A stretch of 61,826 nucleotides of DNA, filler included, from Jimgerdemannia flammicorona (GCA_003990765.1; 3 parts of 3 records of this genome joined end to end with filler, not necessarily neighbours in it); one strand, 5' to 3'; shown: positions 26,519-41,288, numbered from the whole stretch's first letter. Notes: generated by a model not told the origin, from the letters alone. Translations and numbers: made by a program.

Positions 26519-28189
26519 GGTATTTGTAGCGAGGTGTTATGTATATAAATAATGCTGTTGTTCGGTTTGTCGGTATTTTATCTGTTGCTCACATTGATTC
26601 CATGTTGGTAAGCATACATTGAATCGCATGCAATACAATCATGCGAATAATTGGATCATAAATATAAACTATTCTTGTTATTGCGTTCCCCAAAGGTGAT
26701 TTCAGACACGTTTTATGGCTGCTGTGTTCAGTGAGAAGATTGGGTATAGGACTCTCACGCTATGGTCGACTGAGTAAACTTGGGGCGCAATACACCACGC
26801 GCGTTGGCCGACTTTAGTTTTGCATGTGATCTAAAATAGACGCGTATTCGCCAATCTAGGTGTTTAGAAGGAATCCATTTATTCGTTCGTGTCTAACTAG
26901 GTGCACAAAAATAACAATGCCAAGGAAACAAAATGGGACAATGGCCTCCAGCAGACCGTCCATATATGGCGGCTCCCGGTCCTTTGCAAACTTGCTCGCC
27001 GTCCATTATACCCGTTGGAACAAAAGTTCGTGCATGGATGCGTCAGACAATTCTGTAACGCATGCTATGTACGTAACGCAACAAATTTGTGCACATGAAA
27101 GGTAACGACCTTGTTCAATCAGTCTCGAAACAGCATAGTTAGAACCTTGCTTAGATCTGAGATCAAACTGTGGCCCATTTTTGGGGTTGAGTTTCATCGA
27201 TGTCACCTAACCCCTCTCTACCAAAGTAATCGACGGAAAAGGGAAAACCTCTGGTCGACATTGACATTGTTTGTTTATTTGTTTGTTTGTTTTTCTTTTT
27301 TCTTTTTCACCAATCCTCAGTGCTCGAGAATTTTGTACAAGCAATCACAAAAGGAACCGAACTTGCCAATATATTTTGAATTTTGCGCAATGAGGTTTGA
27401 ACTAAGCACTATTACACTGCACAGCATTGCCTTTTGCTTTGGATCTCATGACTGGGCAGCGCCAATCATGTCCCATGGCCCAGACTTCAATCTCTCTCAC
27501 TCCTCTCTTTTTTTTTTTTTTTTTTTTTTTTTTTCCTCTACTCTTCGCTGGTCAGATAATCCGTCGCACCTAATGAATATTTAAAGCGTTATTCCATGTT
27601 TTACGATACCCCCTTCCCATTCAAAATCCAAGCTGCGCTGGAAACATGTCTTTTGATCTGATTGCCCGTTCTGGAGCATGGCGTTGTATCAGATAATCCG
27701 TCCCACCTAGTGAAATTATTACAAAAGCACAAGCTCACAAGGAGTGTGCCACCTACTGGTTTTGATGTTTTCGTCCCTAATCGGGTTTACTCCACTTCGC
27801 CAAATCTTTCGCTGCTCCATGGTTGGGGAACTTGCAAGAATTATGATTCACCATCTTCATTCAGTGAAGATGCATCCTATGACATAATTATGACACATCT
27901 TTCGGACAAATATTCATGTCCAAACGTCCTAATACGTTTTTTTTAGCCGCCATCATCTTGCTTCAGGTTCTCCCCTGGGGTAATATCCTAACTTGAATGC
28001 TTACAAACATGTGCTCTTCCGTGTGAAGAACTATTCGTGACGTTTCAAACTACCTATCACATCTACATCCCAGCGGTGATCAACACAATCAACAGGCGAT
28101 GTTTCGCAATACGCCATGCCATGCCTCCACATACGAGGAAACGTGAATGCGATAATTATGATACACGTTAAAGTCATCCGAGCATACCA

Positions 28190-29290
28190 TTCGTGGACTC
28201 CGTGCAGGGCTTGCTGTTAACTATTGAAGATGACACCACGGAGCTACCCAGCTATCCAGCGGACCGGGATGAAATGGATGTTTTTTGATGGCATCCCATC
28301 ATCGGTCTCACTGGATTTGCAGTGGCTGAGTGCGGGGGGCGTGCCAAATCATCTTTCTGACACGGGTTCGTGGAAAGGGTAAGTCAGCGCTCTGACGAGC
28401 AAGCCGTAAGTAGGCGCGAGGGTGAGAGGCTAGGGGGTCGCGTGGACTGTGGGTGCGACCCAACAAGTCGTCAAATCGTCAACATCTCCCCCGATTTTCG
28501 CAGATTTAAACTTTAAAGTTTATTCGTTCCTTCCAGCGGTTTCACTGTTCCCGTGGAGGGTTTGGTGGCGCGAAAGTTCTCGATGTTGGGTATGTTGTGA
28601 TATGTCTCTCTGTCGATGTATGTACTAGCGTCATTCTGTTGGATTCCACTATTACAGGTATCTAACAACCTTCATCTTTATCTAATTAATGTAGGTGTGC
28701 ATGCATCTGCATTCTGGACTATGGTACGAATATCAAGCGTCTGAGATACGGCGTTTCAGGAATTCATTCAGGATATGTTTTGGCATTAAACTCGATCCCA
28801 ATGCTTCCAAAATGCGACGGGAACAGGATCTCGCTGCTCAATTTCCAAATTCTCATTTCACGGGTGTCCATTGTGATGAATACGTTTTGCCCAACAGGTG
28901 CGTACTTGATTCAATTCTTATTCGTCGTATGCATCGCACATCTACTGGGTTCCCAGCATTTAACAATAGCCATAAACGGCGACTTCGAGATGGTCGACGT
29001 GATCGCACCCCCGCCTATCTGGACAACATCTTCGACCTCATCTACATCTGATGTATGAGGTCGAGCATTTACGGGAAAAAATGGGATCCCGGCGGCTACA
29101 TGGAGTGCGTCGAATTGGCCGGTAAACTCCATGCTAGTCTTATTATGGGAACGAATATTGAAAACTCTGGTACTGAACCAGGAGAAGTCTTAAAAGCTAT
29201 TTCCAGACGAGAGGATAGGGCTTGTGTGATTGTCTCTGACGAAATAGAAAAGCCCAAGGAAGCTGTCGGTATTCCCAATCGTATTTAACT
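28190..29290 (+). pseudogene. Decayed paralog of the LaeA-like methyltransferase
   Basis: SYPADRDEMD (~28250), GGAKVLDVG followed by GTATGT at the same intron position (~28590), DLAAQFPNSHFTGVHCDEYVLP, DNIFDLIYI*, PGGYMECVE. Stops and frameshifts. Confidence 0.75.
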
Positions 29291-31212
29291 ATCAATAGCA
29301 TGGGACCAAAGACAACCCAATTGGTTTTGAGTAATATATAAAAATGGTACGGGCGCCGTGTCGGCGAGGAAAGTGTGAAGTGTGGGTGGGAAAACTCGGG
29401 GTTGTGATTGTAGATATTTTTTTTTTTGGGGGGAGGTATTTTTAGTTCACCGCAGCCATACTTTCTATCCCGCTGGCCGCATATCGTTCGTGATCTACCT
29501 TTCTAATCTCATTAAAGAAAAAATTGATCGTGATCTTGGTTGCACCGAGAGGTCATGTGCCGATCGGTTTTGTTGCGCTGAAATCGCTGCACGCACATGT
29601 ATGGTCAAAAGACGTAATAGGCCCCTAAGGTGTACTTAAACAGCTATCACACCCAGAACAGCTGAGATAGAGATAGGTAATGAGCGCCTGGTAGCCAGCA
29701 GTGTAACAGCCCAGGAATCGAGCCTATTCTGGTTCTTTCGCATCCATCAGGGTTGCAAATCGCAACAGACGGGATTCGTCATGTGACAGGTCGGCGGAGA
29801 ATTTCCACATATACACAGCAAACGGCTTTAATTAATGGGTGTGTGATCCTGCCAAACCTTGAGGCAATCGTGTGAAGCCATTTAAGTCGCGGACAGGAGT
29901 AGACCATGCCACACGTAGAGGGAGTGGTGACTTGCCTGGATAGAGGTTAATGCATAATCTCGGGGCGTTGTGGGGACGAGTGAACGGACAGACGCTACGA
30001 ACGCGAGAGCGTAACCCGAAGAGACAGTGCATGACGGCACCTCGGGTAAACACGGTCAAATGATACAGAAAGCTTGAAATGGTTGACGGGAGCTTAGAGT
30101 TTATGAATATCTTACAGAATGTCGCCTTTGCCGGGCGTGCATGAGAGAAACTGTGTCGGAAGAACGACTATGAAACAAATACAAACAACGGAAAATATTT
30201 CTGGACGCTGACAAGATGGAGCGGAGTTTTTAGTTGGCGCCGAGCCATGGCGGTGTCGGAGCGTTGAAATTTTTGACAGAAGCTTTGAAAGCCGTTGCGT
30301 AGGGATGATGGGAGTTTCTGCCTCTCGGGGTGCCGCTTGCCGAGAACAGTTCCGAAAAGGCACGGAAACCACCTCCCGAGCTTTACCGTTTCCGCCACTC
30401 TGGACCCAGATTCGTGACACGGAGGCGCGTGACGCGGTAATGGTGGGTAACAATGCGCGTCTCACACTAGGAAGCCTAGAGCCCGATCTTGATGGCACAG
30501 CATGATGAGGTAAACCGCGGCTTTCCGCTTCAGGACAGTTTTCCCGCGCTGCTCATCCAACCTGTCTGTGCCTCGCCGGTCGGCCTTGCCGCTGGTCCCG
30601 CAGCGGAACACGGAAGCCCATCATCCTGACGATGCCGCAACGTCAAGGCGATGGGGGAGGGGATTCTCGTGACCAGATCTATTTGTTGGGTGCGCACGCA
30701 ACCACCTCGTCAGTGTTTATGAAGCCTGCGATGGGTAAGTGTGTCTCATGACCCATGGTGTGATTAACTGCCATGGAAATCTTCAGGAGCCGGAGCCGCA
30801 CATTGTAGGCGACGATCGGGTGTGTAAGCAGCGCGTGACACCCGAGAGACGCAACACCGTCGTTTTCGGGCACGATTTACGGTTTTCGATTCCCACCCAC
30901 ATTGCCATGTTGGGAACCGGCGACACATGATTCCCACTGTTACGAGACTTGCCTTATTCGATGAGAGGCTCAGTTGAGTCACTTAGGAAACTGCACGGGA
31001 AAAAGGAAGGTAAGGGATTGGGAGGGCGATCTGAAGCTTGGTTTGGTATTTAAATTGCCACCAGCTCGAACTAAAATCTCCTCGGATTTGTTGGCAGACT
31101 TGTACGTGAAGCGAAACTATTCTGGCGATTACGACCAACCCTAACGAAGATTTACGTCCTTCTCGCGATCCGAAATAAAAACCAATTCAAAAAACCCCTC
31201 TCAAACATCGCC

Positions 31213-31578
31213 ATGAACACGGCCAAGCTCACCAACTCTGTCTCCACACCAACCCCGCGGCGCACCGTCCGTCAGCTAGACCCCGCCGTCGCCGCCGCTC
31301 GCCGCGCCAATAGGGCCTCTCTCCCGGCGAGGCCCACGAAGGCCCACACCCACAACGGCACCTCGTGCTCCTGCGGTGGCACTACTCACGACCACGATAA
31401 TATGTACTTCAGGCCCGCCACCCAGGTCTGCACCACGGCCGCCGACCGCAGGAGGTCCCTCCCTATCGTTATGTCTCCGTCCACGTCCTCCCCGGTCATC
31501 TCCACCAATGTGAAGAGGCAGGTCAGGCAGGTCAGGCTGGTCAAGAAGGACGAGACTGTCGTCGTCAAGAAACCGTAG
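31213..31578 (+). CDS. Small basic hypothetical protein (121 aa), intronless
   Basis: GCCATG start after an A/C-rich leader, strong C/G-ending codon bias like the ATPase, TATA-like TATTTAAA at ~31048, AT-rich 3' region. Confidence 0.65.
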   Translation: MNTAKLTNSVSTPTPRRTVRQLDPAVAAARRANRASLPARPTKAHTHNGTSCSCGGTTHDHDNMYFRPATQVCTTAADRRRSLPIVMSPSTSSPVISTNVKRQVRQVRLVKKDETVVVKKP

Positions 31579-32462
31579 ACGGGGATGGGTGTCCCTTCTA
31601 ATACGATCTGCCATCCTCCCTTGACGCAAAAGATTTATACAGGAAACGACCATCCCAGGGCCATCCATGGTATCCTGGCCAGGTCCTCCCCAAAAGAAAT
31701 TAATGAAATGAAATGAAATTACCCGTTTTGCAATGACGTACTAAAATGATAATAATTTTCCATTTATTCGTATCATGTCCTGCGGTGACCTCACATGCCG
31801 CAGTTGGTTGTATATCGTATACATAATCTGTACATATTCGATACCAGCCCCACGACGGCCGCGATGAAGTTCTCATCCGCCTCGCGAAGCCGTTGTAATA
31901 TGTAACATAATTTGCTTCGTTATCGTAAATATTCTTCTGTATGTTCGTTGCTATTAATAAATAAACATATAAGCATGTATGCAAAGAAATGCGCTGCGTC
32001 TCTGGTTACGTATGACAATCGCTCTGTTGGCATCACGTAATATCACCCAATAGTATTTTTACCACGACGCTCCATGGCGCAGTGAATACAAAAACATAGT
32101 AGAACGGTTACCTTTTAGTACTAGGCGACCAGGCCACATGCGCCAGCAGAAGTCATTCGATCCCAAGGTCAACACACGACACACCCATTTTTTCTATACC
32201 AACCACGCCCGATTTTTCCATAGCAACCACCTCCTCCCCGAAACCCCGCCTCCCAAAGTCCGAACCCAGCAACCAGATCCCTGGATTGGGAGACAAGAAA
32301 TGGTCCGTGGCCGACGATCTTCCCCCCTACTTCTCCGCGCACCTGCATCGAACCAGGATCGCCGTTTGGAGCGATCACGAGACAGAGTCCGTACTGTATG
32401 CTGTATGATGCGGATAAGTATTTATGCACATAAAATGTCCCACGCGCATCGAGGATTCTACT

Positions 32463-32500
<38 letters not shown>

Positions 32501-32989
32501 GATTGACCGCCACCTCTCCGAGTGATAAAGTTCCATGTTAGCAAATTCTAGGGCGGGGTTTGCCCGGTTTGAACTATCCGCCCCGCGCTTCTTTTATCAA
32601 TGTCCGTGCGCCGTGCACAAGGTACAGCACGCATCAGCTGGCCGTGGTAAGCAAGATTGGCGGGTCCGCTGAACCGAATGGTTGGAATGTACGGACGAAG
32701 CATCCCGCTCGAGAGATTTTATAATAGGAGTTTTAGACAGTCAACCGTAAGGTTCATGGTGTTTTTCGGGGGAGGGGGAGGGGGAACAAACGAAAGCGGC
32801 TGGCGGTGGCGATATAAGTCAAGACTTCTTTATTTCAAACGTTATATATATATTGTGACGTAGGTGGTACCAAATAGGGAATAGACATTTGATCGGCGGA
32901 CCGTAAGTCCGAATTTCTTGATTTGGTATAGAAAATAGGTAATGCTGAAATTGCATCCTTGGCAATGCTTACAAAAAGCCAAATGTCTC

Positions 32990-33200
32990 GGCAGTACCAA
33001 AATAACTTCACTACATAATTAGGCGCCATACAGCATAGCAAATTTGTATAAATAATTTAGTATTAAGAGTGAATAAACTTTAGACCAAGATAATTTTAGT
33101 AAAATATAAGTATTCTAATACATAATAGATCTTCAGACATATATCATTTGGCCTCACCAATAATTAACTCTGAGAGTCAAAGAAATAAAGAAAGTCAAGA
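32990..33200 (+). repeat. Decayed LTR fragment of the window's Gypsy LTR type
   Basis: AGCAAATTTGTATAAATAA...AGAGTGAATAAAC at ~33038-33079 matches 34560-34602. Confidence 0.55.
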
Positions 33201-33785
33201 TAAAGAAATATGATATACTTTCTAAGCTAGTTATTATATATTTATATATTTATATTATAATATATTTAATTTAGTAATTTACTTTTTCTATAAAATAATA
33301 TTTTAACTCAAAGATATATTTAGAAGTCTTTACTATAAATTATTTAATTCAAAAACTCAAGAATCAATTTCATTTTTTTTCTTTCTCTTTTTAATTATTT
33401 ATTATTTAAAATTTTAATAATTTTTATTTAATAATTATATATTATAATATTGATAATACTTAATCTAAAAAATATATTAAATCTCTTTATCTTGAATTTT
33501 TATCTTCTTTTGATTTTTAAAGGCAATATATAGAGTAAAATTAAAATATAAATAAATATATCTAAAGGTCTGTTATTAGAAATATTTATATTTTATCAAA
33601 TTATTTTAATTTAAAATTTATTTATTTAAAATTTTGAGATTATTTATAAGTTTACTATAATATAGTAATTATATCAAGAAAAATAAAATTAGTTTATATT
33701 TGTAGATTTATATCTGTAGCTATTCAAGTTTATATTATTATAAAATATAGTTTAAGTTATAGTTAATCTATTTTATATAACTGTG

Positions 33786-33820
<35 letters not shown>

Positions 33821-34313
33821 TAATAATATAAAATTAGTTTATATTTATAAGCTTATATTATATAATAACTATTTAAGTTTATATTATATATATTTATCTA
33901 TATCTTATTCTATCTCAAACCACTTATCTATAAGATTATATAATACTATTTAGTTATATAATAGATTTTTATAAAACTATTATTTATAATAGATAAGTTA
34001 GTAAAATATAGTTAAACTTAATTTTATATCTCTAATAAATAGAGTAATAAAAATATTAATCTATATAAATATTAGAAATATTATTAAAAAAAGTTTATAT
34101 ATTTCTTCTCTTATAGTATAGGCAAATTTGTTTATAAAAATATTTAATATAAAATATCTTACTCTATACTATATATAATTATAAGATAAATATATATATA
34201 CTTAATTCCAATATTGGTAAATATATCTGTAAAAGTTTAGAGAGAAATACTATAGTTTATACTTTATAATATTTATATAAATATAGATTATATATATATG
34301 TAAATACAGATAA

Positions 34314-34778
34314 TGTAATGGTTGATCTGAATTAGGAATATGAATCAGGAGAATTAGACATTTGATCATAGTATCTGAATCCAATTCTTGATATAATATA
34401 ATCTTACAAATAGTAGTTATTATTATTTTACAACTATTAAAGTTTTTATAAATATTAAACTCTTTGCAGATATTGAAGATTTTGTAGATATTGAAAGATT
34501 CAACACTTGTAAAAAGTGACTTATAAGAAACATAGTCATAACTTAACCACCTTATAGCTAGCAAACTTGTATAAATAACCTAGTATCTTAGAGTGAATAA
34601 ACCTTAGATTAAAATAGTTCAAAGTAAAGAGAAAGTAAAGAAACTAGTAAACTTATGAGCAGATATACTTTGGACTCACCCTTTGTACTCTGAGAACTCT
34701 GCAAGAGTCAGAACAAGTTAAGTTTTCAAGATATAGAAATCTGCTATACTTCTGAGATTAGATATCTACTATATTATA
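34314..34778 (+). repeat. 5' LTR
   Basis: TGTAATG start, TGTATAAATA and GAATAAA core, followed by AC and the PBS TGGTGCC; aligns with 40718-41162. Confidence 0.88.
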
Positions 34779-36945
34779 ACTTGGTGCCTATTGGCTAGTG
34801 ATTTAAGATGAATCCCTCACTTTCAAGCTGAACAATAAACAATTTTTACCATCTAAACAACTATATAAATTGAACCAAGACATCTAGATAAGATAGATAT
34901 AAGACCATTAGTATTCTATAGATATATCTTAGATGAATCAATCATCACCTTCATTGATGATTTTGAGCAGTATATGTACTACTATAAGGACTCTAACAGC
35001 AATATAACAAGTAGCCCTTCTACTCTTCAGTCTCTGAGGACTAGTAAGAGTAGTATTCATAGCTGCAACCTATATGAGAAATAATGATAATATAGTATTA
35101 GTAGTACAGAAGGCCTGGCTCTAAACTATCTATGATATAGATGAGATCAAGCAAGTCCTGAAGAATCTGCTCAATACAACTTACCAGAGAATGAGTAAGG
35201 ATTCAAATACATTTTACACTAGAATCTGATATCAGATAATTCTCACAGATTATGCTACTATCATTCAAGACCAAGTTGCTGAGATAACCTTTATAAAAAG
35301 AGTCTACCCAGAGATAGCCCTAGTTATCCAATCATTACTAATAGTTCTGGATCTATCACAAAAAGTCACCTATGTCTAGCAATACTAGATAGCCAGATAT
35401 CTACAAGACTATATAATAGAAAGAGTCACTAGAGTTAGAATTGAAGTATTTAAGATAACCAGTATAATTCCTACTATAGTGATTAATCAAAATATATCTC
35501 AGCTAAGAGCTACTGAGTAGCAGAGGAATAGTGACCCTATGGAGGAACTTATCAAGAAGTTCACTAAAATGACAGCCCATCTAGAAGATATAGTAAAGAA
35601 AATTAAAGAAAGAGACCATCACTTAGTTTAGAAATTTGCCACCACCTCAGACAAGAAGAGAGGTACTTGCTATACTTGTAGAGAAGAAGACCACTACTTA
35701 TATGAATGTATGAGTAAAATTAAGTATAAGGCCCAGCCAAGCAATATTACTCAAAATAAGGAACAGACCAATATCATCACCTTTAAGGAAATTGGAAAAT
35801 CAGATGAAGAGGAATGAGAAGCCTATCCTGCCAAGACTATTAAGAAAGATGTCTGCAAATAACTCTACAAGAGACTATCAGAGAGACCCAAGAAGAACTC
35901 TGTAAAAAATCAGATAGAAACTACTACAGAAAGTCAAGATAAAGAAATGGATCAAGATATAGAGCTAAAACAGACTATTCAGGATATTATCTAAGAAACT
36001 ACTCTAGCTAGTAAAGGAGAAAAGAAGAAGAAGCTTTGCAAAACTAAGATCTTCAAGTATAATATCTTCAAGGACCTTAGCTAATAAAAGATCAATGCAA
36101 CCTTTGATCAGCTGGTAGAAATACTTATATTCAGATAGCAAATGAGATATGGACTTACTGAGATAACCAAGAAGCAAGGTTGGAAGATAACTAAGGTCAA
36201 CAATGTATAAGAAGACTTAGGAGAAGAGAGTGAAGACAATTGCAAGACCTCTACCTATGCAATCTATCAGATTGAAGATAGAATCTTCAAGGCTATTATT
36301 GATACAAAAGTAAAAAGATGTCTCCTCAGTAAGAAAGCAGCAGACCACCTAGGTTGGAAGGTTGAAGAAGCAATCAAGCTGGTATTTGTCACAGTAGATG
36401 GTATAAGAGCTACTCTTCTGAGAAAGATCTGAGATATTCCTATCAAGTTTGGAGGAGCAACTATTTCAGTAAATGTGATTATAACCAATGCCACCAACTA
36501 TAATATCCTCATCAGCAACCAGTGGCTTCATAAAGCCAAGGCAATAATCAATCTGAATGCCCAGAAGATACAGATCATCTACTGAGATCAGAAGATACAA
36601 ATCTCCATTAATGTCAACAAAGAAGTGCTGCCTAAGATAGAGAAAGAAGAAAGTAAGCAAGAAGAAACCTATATAGTGACTACTCAGAAAAAGAAGAAGA
36701 AAGTTGGCTAGATCAGTAAAGAAGATTTGTATAAGAAGATTGCAGAAGGATATATACTACAAAGAGTCTGCTCTCATGGAATCAAGATGTACTGTAGTAA
36801 GCACATCAATGACTGCTACCAATGCAGCATTTGCATCAGAAAGATCTACCAGAAAAGAAGACAGAAGGCTCTTGAAAAGTAGACAAGAGAAGAGGAGGAG
36901 GAAGAGGATAATGAACCACTAGCCTTCCTAGAGAATAGTGAAGAA

Positions 36946-37365
36946 AAAATCAAGGTCAAGATTCAGAGAATCTACCCTGATGCAGTTCTACCAGAATATA
37001 AGTTAGAAAATGCTGTTAGAATGGATATTGCCACAGTAGAAGAAACTATACTGGAGCCCCAGATAACTACCTTACTGGTAACTGGTCTGAAGATAACTAT
37101 TCCAAAGGACTATATCAGAATCCTCAAGACAAGAAGCAGCCTAGCTAGGAGTGAAATTACAATTGAAAGAGAAGTTATTGATTTAGATTATATTGGAGAA
37201 ATACTACTTATTGCTAGAAACTATAATTCTACAATTCTATTTCCAATCAAGAAGAAGGATCAACTAGCACAGATATTAATCTTCTCAATTCTTTAGCTAT
37301 GAATCATAGAAGTCAAGAAGTTGGAGGAAATGGAAAGAGAAAGGAAAGAATTTGGATCCACAGGA
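36946..37365 (+). pseudogene. Trimeric dUTPase domain within the Gypsy pol
   Basis: DAVLPEY..NAVRMDIA (motif I), RSSLA (II), VIDLDYIGEI (III), DQLAQILI (IV), ERERKEFGSTG (V). In frame with the upstream linker and the downstream RT. Confidence 0.92.
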
Positions 37366-38878
37366 AAAGGAGTATTCATCAGCATCAAGATTACTAAACT
37401 GGATCACAAGAAGGAGGAAACTACAAACAGACATAGCTATATCATTAGAAATAAATTTCTACTCAAGAAGGAACTCAAGTAGATACTCTATAAATTTGAG
37501 GATATCCTAGCCATGGATTTCAAGGATATCAAAGAAAAGACCCTACACTACTATTTTGATATAGATACAGGAGACACTGAACCAATCTATCAAAAAGTAA
37601 GGCCAATACTGCTAGTCTACTATAAATGGCTCAGAGAAAAAATCAAGCAGATAGAAGAAGCTGGTATCATTAAAGAAGTCAGTAGCCCCTGGGCTTCACC
37701 AGTTGTACTAGTCCTGAAAAAAGAAAATAAGTCAGGAGAATTTGCCTCAAGACTTTATACTGATTACAGGAAGCTCAACTTAGTTATTAAGAAAGATCAC
37801 CAACCATTATTACTCATTAGTAATATTCTCATAACTTTAGGAGATAAAGTATAGTACTACAGTACCTTGGACCTATACTCAGAATTTTACCAAATTGGTC
37901 TCACTGAAGCAGTAAGTGAAAAGTCAGCTTTCATCACTCCAGACAGAATCTATGTCTATCTGCAAATACCATTTAGAATGTGCAATATACCAGCAAGCTT
38001 CTAGTGAATGATGAATAAAATCTTCTACTATAATATAGGAAGATGGATGATGGTTTATGTAGATGATGTTATCATCTATAGCAAGATAGCTGAAGAACAT
38101 CTGCAGTATATCTAGCAGATAATGGAGAAGCTAAGACAGTATAGTCTTTACATTAAGCCCAAAAAGTGCAAGTTTGTAGAAATCAAGATCATCTATCTTA
38201 GTCATATCATCAATTGAGAGGGAATACACACAGACTCCCTCAAGATTCAAGCAGTAGTAGCATATCCAAGGCCTACCACAGTTACTGAAGCCCAAGCCTT
38301 CATAGGACTCACCTCCTACTATTGAAGATTTATCAGAGAATTCTCCAACATCATAAGCCCAATCTATGAACTCAATAAGAAGAATACTAAGTTCTAATGG
38401 ACTGGCAGACAACAAAAAGCATTTGATGAACTTAAGGTCAGACTGACCTAGGCACTCATCCTCAGAAGACCTGATTGGACTCAAAAATTCATCCTACAGA
38501 CAGATACAAGTATTCAAGGACTAGGAGCAATCCTGGTCTAGAAGAAAGACAAGGTAGAATATGTCATCACATATCTAAGCTGAGGAATCTAAGGAGCTGA
38601 AAAAGAGTATGAATTATATAAGCTAGAATATCTTGCAGTTATCTGGGTTGTAGACAAGTTTCACTACTATCTGACAGAAAGATACTTTACTATTCAGATA
38701 GACTACTTAGCCCTCACTTGACTACTGACCACTGAACAATCTAAAGGAATCTATGCCAGATAGATTATGAAGTTGCAAGCCTATAATATAACCATCATGC
38801 ACTAGCCAGGAAGAACTAATGCTAATGCAAATGCCCTCTCATGAATACTCTGAAGAACCCTCAACCAGCAAATCAATC

Positions 38879-40079
38879 ATGAATAAGGAGCTCTACTACA
38901 GAATTATCACCTATCTGAGATAGTGAAAGATACCCCAACATCTGAAAGAATGGATATAAATAATTATTAATAGAATATAGAAATAATTTGAAACTAATAG
39001 AGAAGTACTAAAGAAAGAAAAACTACTAGTCATATCCAAACACAAGAAAGAGCAAGTAATGAAATCAGTATATGAACTTAGTCATCTAAGAGGAACAAAT
39101 ATATATAATAAAGCAAGAAGAACAATGTGGTGGTCAGGAATAGAGGAAGATATCAGACAATTTATCAAGACCTATGATAAATATCAGAAACAAAAACAAG
39201 ACCAATAAAATCAGACCCTGGGATTAGCACACATAGAACTAGTACCCTTTGCTCTTATAGCAATATATAATTGATTCACTATCTCTGATATTGACTAGCA
39301 ACTGATATATCATTATCATTGTAGACCTTTTTATAAAATGGATAGAGACAGGACTCCTCAAGGAAGCCAATATACAGTCAATTGTCAATTTCTTTCATAA
39401 AGAAATTATCTACTGATTCAAAACTTCAGCACAAGTAACTACAGATAGAGGAACAGAATTTGTGAATCAGTTCTTTGAGATTCTCTACAAAAAGTACAAA
39501 ATCTAGTATATTCAGACTACAGTATATCACTCTTAAAGAAATGGACAAGCAGAAAGGACTAATAAGACTCTCAATAATATCATCACCAAGATCTACAATA
39601 ACTATAAAAATTAGGATCACTATCTGTTAATATGTAGCATTATCTGCTCTTCAGGATATCTAATTACAAAGTACTCATTTGACTCTATAAGAGATACTGT
39701 TTGGAGAAGAAAGTTCTCAAAAAACTCTATTGTCCAATAGAGATACCATTTGGAAATACATAGATACAGAGATATGAAGACTATACTAAATTAGAAAGAA
39801 AGCTGAGGATTATATAACTAAGGTACAGATACTACAATGAAATAATATAGAAAAGATTACAAGCTATTGAAGATTATTAAGATAGGAGATAAAGCTCTGA
39901 TATATCAGAACATAGTAGAAGCTTCATAGTTACAAAAACTAGAGCCTAAGTGGGAAGAATCTTATCTTGTACAAGATATAAAAGAAACTACCTTTTGGCT
40001 ATAAAAACTCTTAGGCAATAAAAACTCTTAGGCATAATCATCTCCACTATTATTCACTGAAACTGACTCAAGAAGTATC

Positions 40080-40086
<7 letters not shown>
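38879..40086 (+). pseudogene. Gypsy integrase (HHCC remnant, DDE core, GPY/F), apparently its own ORF
   Basis: ATG at 38879 overlaps the end of the RNase H frame (CAT GAA TAA). MWWSGIEEDIRQFIKT, VDLFIKWIET, TDRGTEFVNQ, KLEPKWEESY. Confidence 0.85.
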
Positions 40087-40717
<631 letters not shown>

Positions 40718-40722
<5 letters not shown>

Positions 40723-41162
40723 TGATTGATTTGAATTAAGAATATGAATCAGAAGAATTAGACATTTAATTATGATATCTGAACCCAATTTCTAATATAG
40801 TATAGTCTTACAAATAGCAATCATTGTTATTTTGCAACTATTAAAGTTTTATGAATGTTAAACTCTTCACAGATGTTGAAGATTTTGCAGATATTGAAAG
40901 ATTCAATACTTGTAAAAAGTGACTAATATATAACTTAGCCACCTTATAGTTAGCAAACTTGTATAAATAACCTAGTATATATCTTAGAGTGAATAAACCT
41001 CAGATTGAAATAGTTCAAAGCAAAGAAAAAGTAAAGAAACTAGTAAGCCTGCAGACAGATATACTTTGAACTCATCCCCTGTATCTTAAGGACTCTGTGA
41101 GAGTCAGAATAAGTCAAGTTTTCAAAATATAGAAATCTACCATACTTCTAAGGTTAGGTATC
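40718..41162 (+). repeat. 3' LTR (truncated by poly-T/contig end)
   Basis: TGTAATG start after a purine tract; colinear with 34314-34765. Confidence 0.88.
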
Positions 41163-41188
41163 TTTTTTTTTTTTTTTTTTTTTTTTTT

Positions 41189-41288
41189 NNNNNNNNNNNN
41201 NNNNNNNNNNNNNNNNNNNNNNNNNNNNNNNNTTAATTAATTAANNNNNNNNNNNNNNNNNNNNNNNNNNNNNNNNNNNNNNNNNNNN
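41189..41288. other. Artificial contig linker
   Basis: N44-TTAATTAATTAA-N44. Confidence 0.97.

Noticed and set aside
29382..30982. Multiple overlapping 60-130-aa ORFs
   Set aside because: No codon bias or motifs; expected by chance in GC-balanced intergenic DNA.
32465..32499. Poly-G run as a functional G-quadruplex or poly-Gly/Pro coding sequence
   Set aside because: Simple homopolymer in a homopolymer-rich assembly, possibly a sequencing artefact; no supported gene model.
33230..34310. Extremely AT-rich block as a centromere, origin or organellar insert
   Set aside because: No recognisable genes or repeat structure; more simply explained as terminally decayed TE sequence next to an LTR element.
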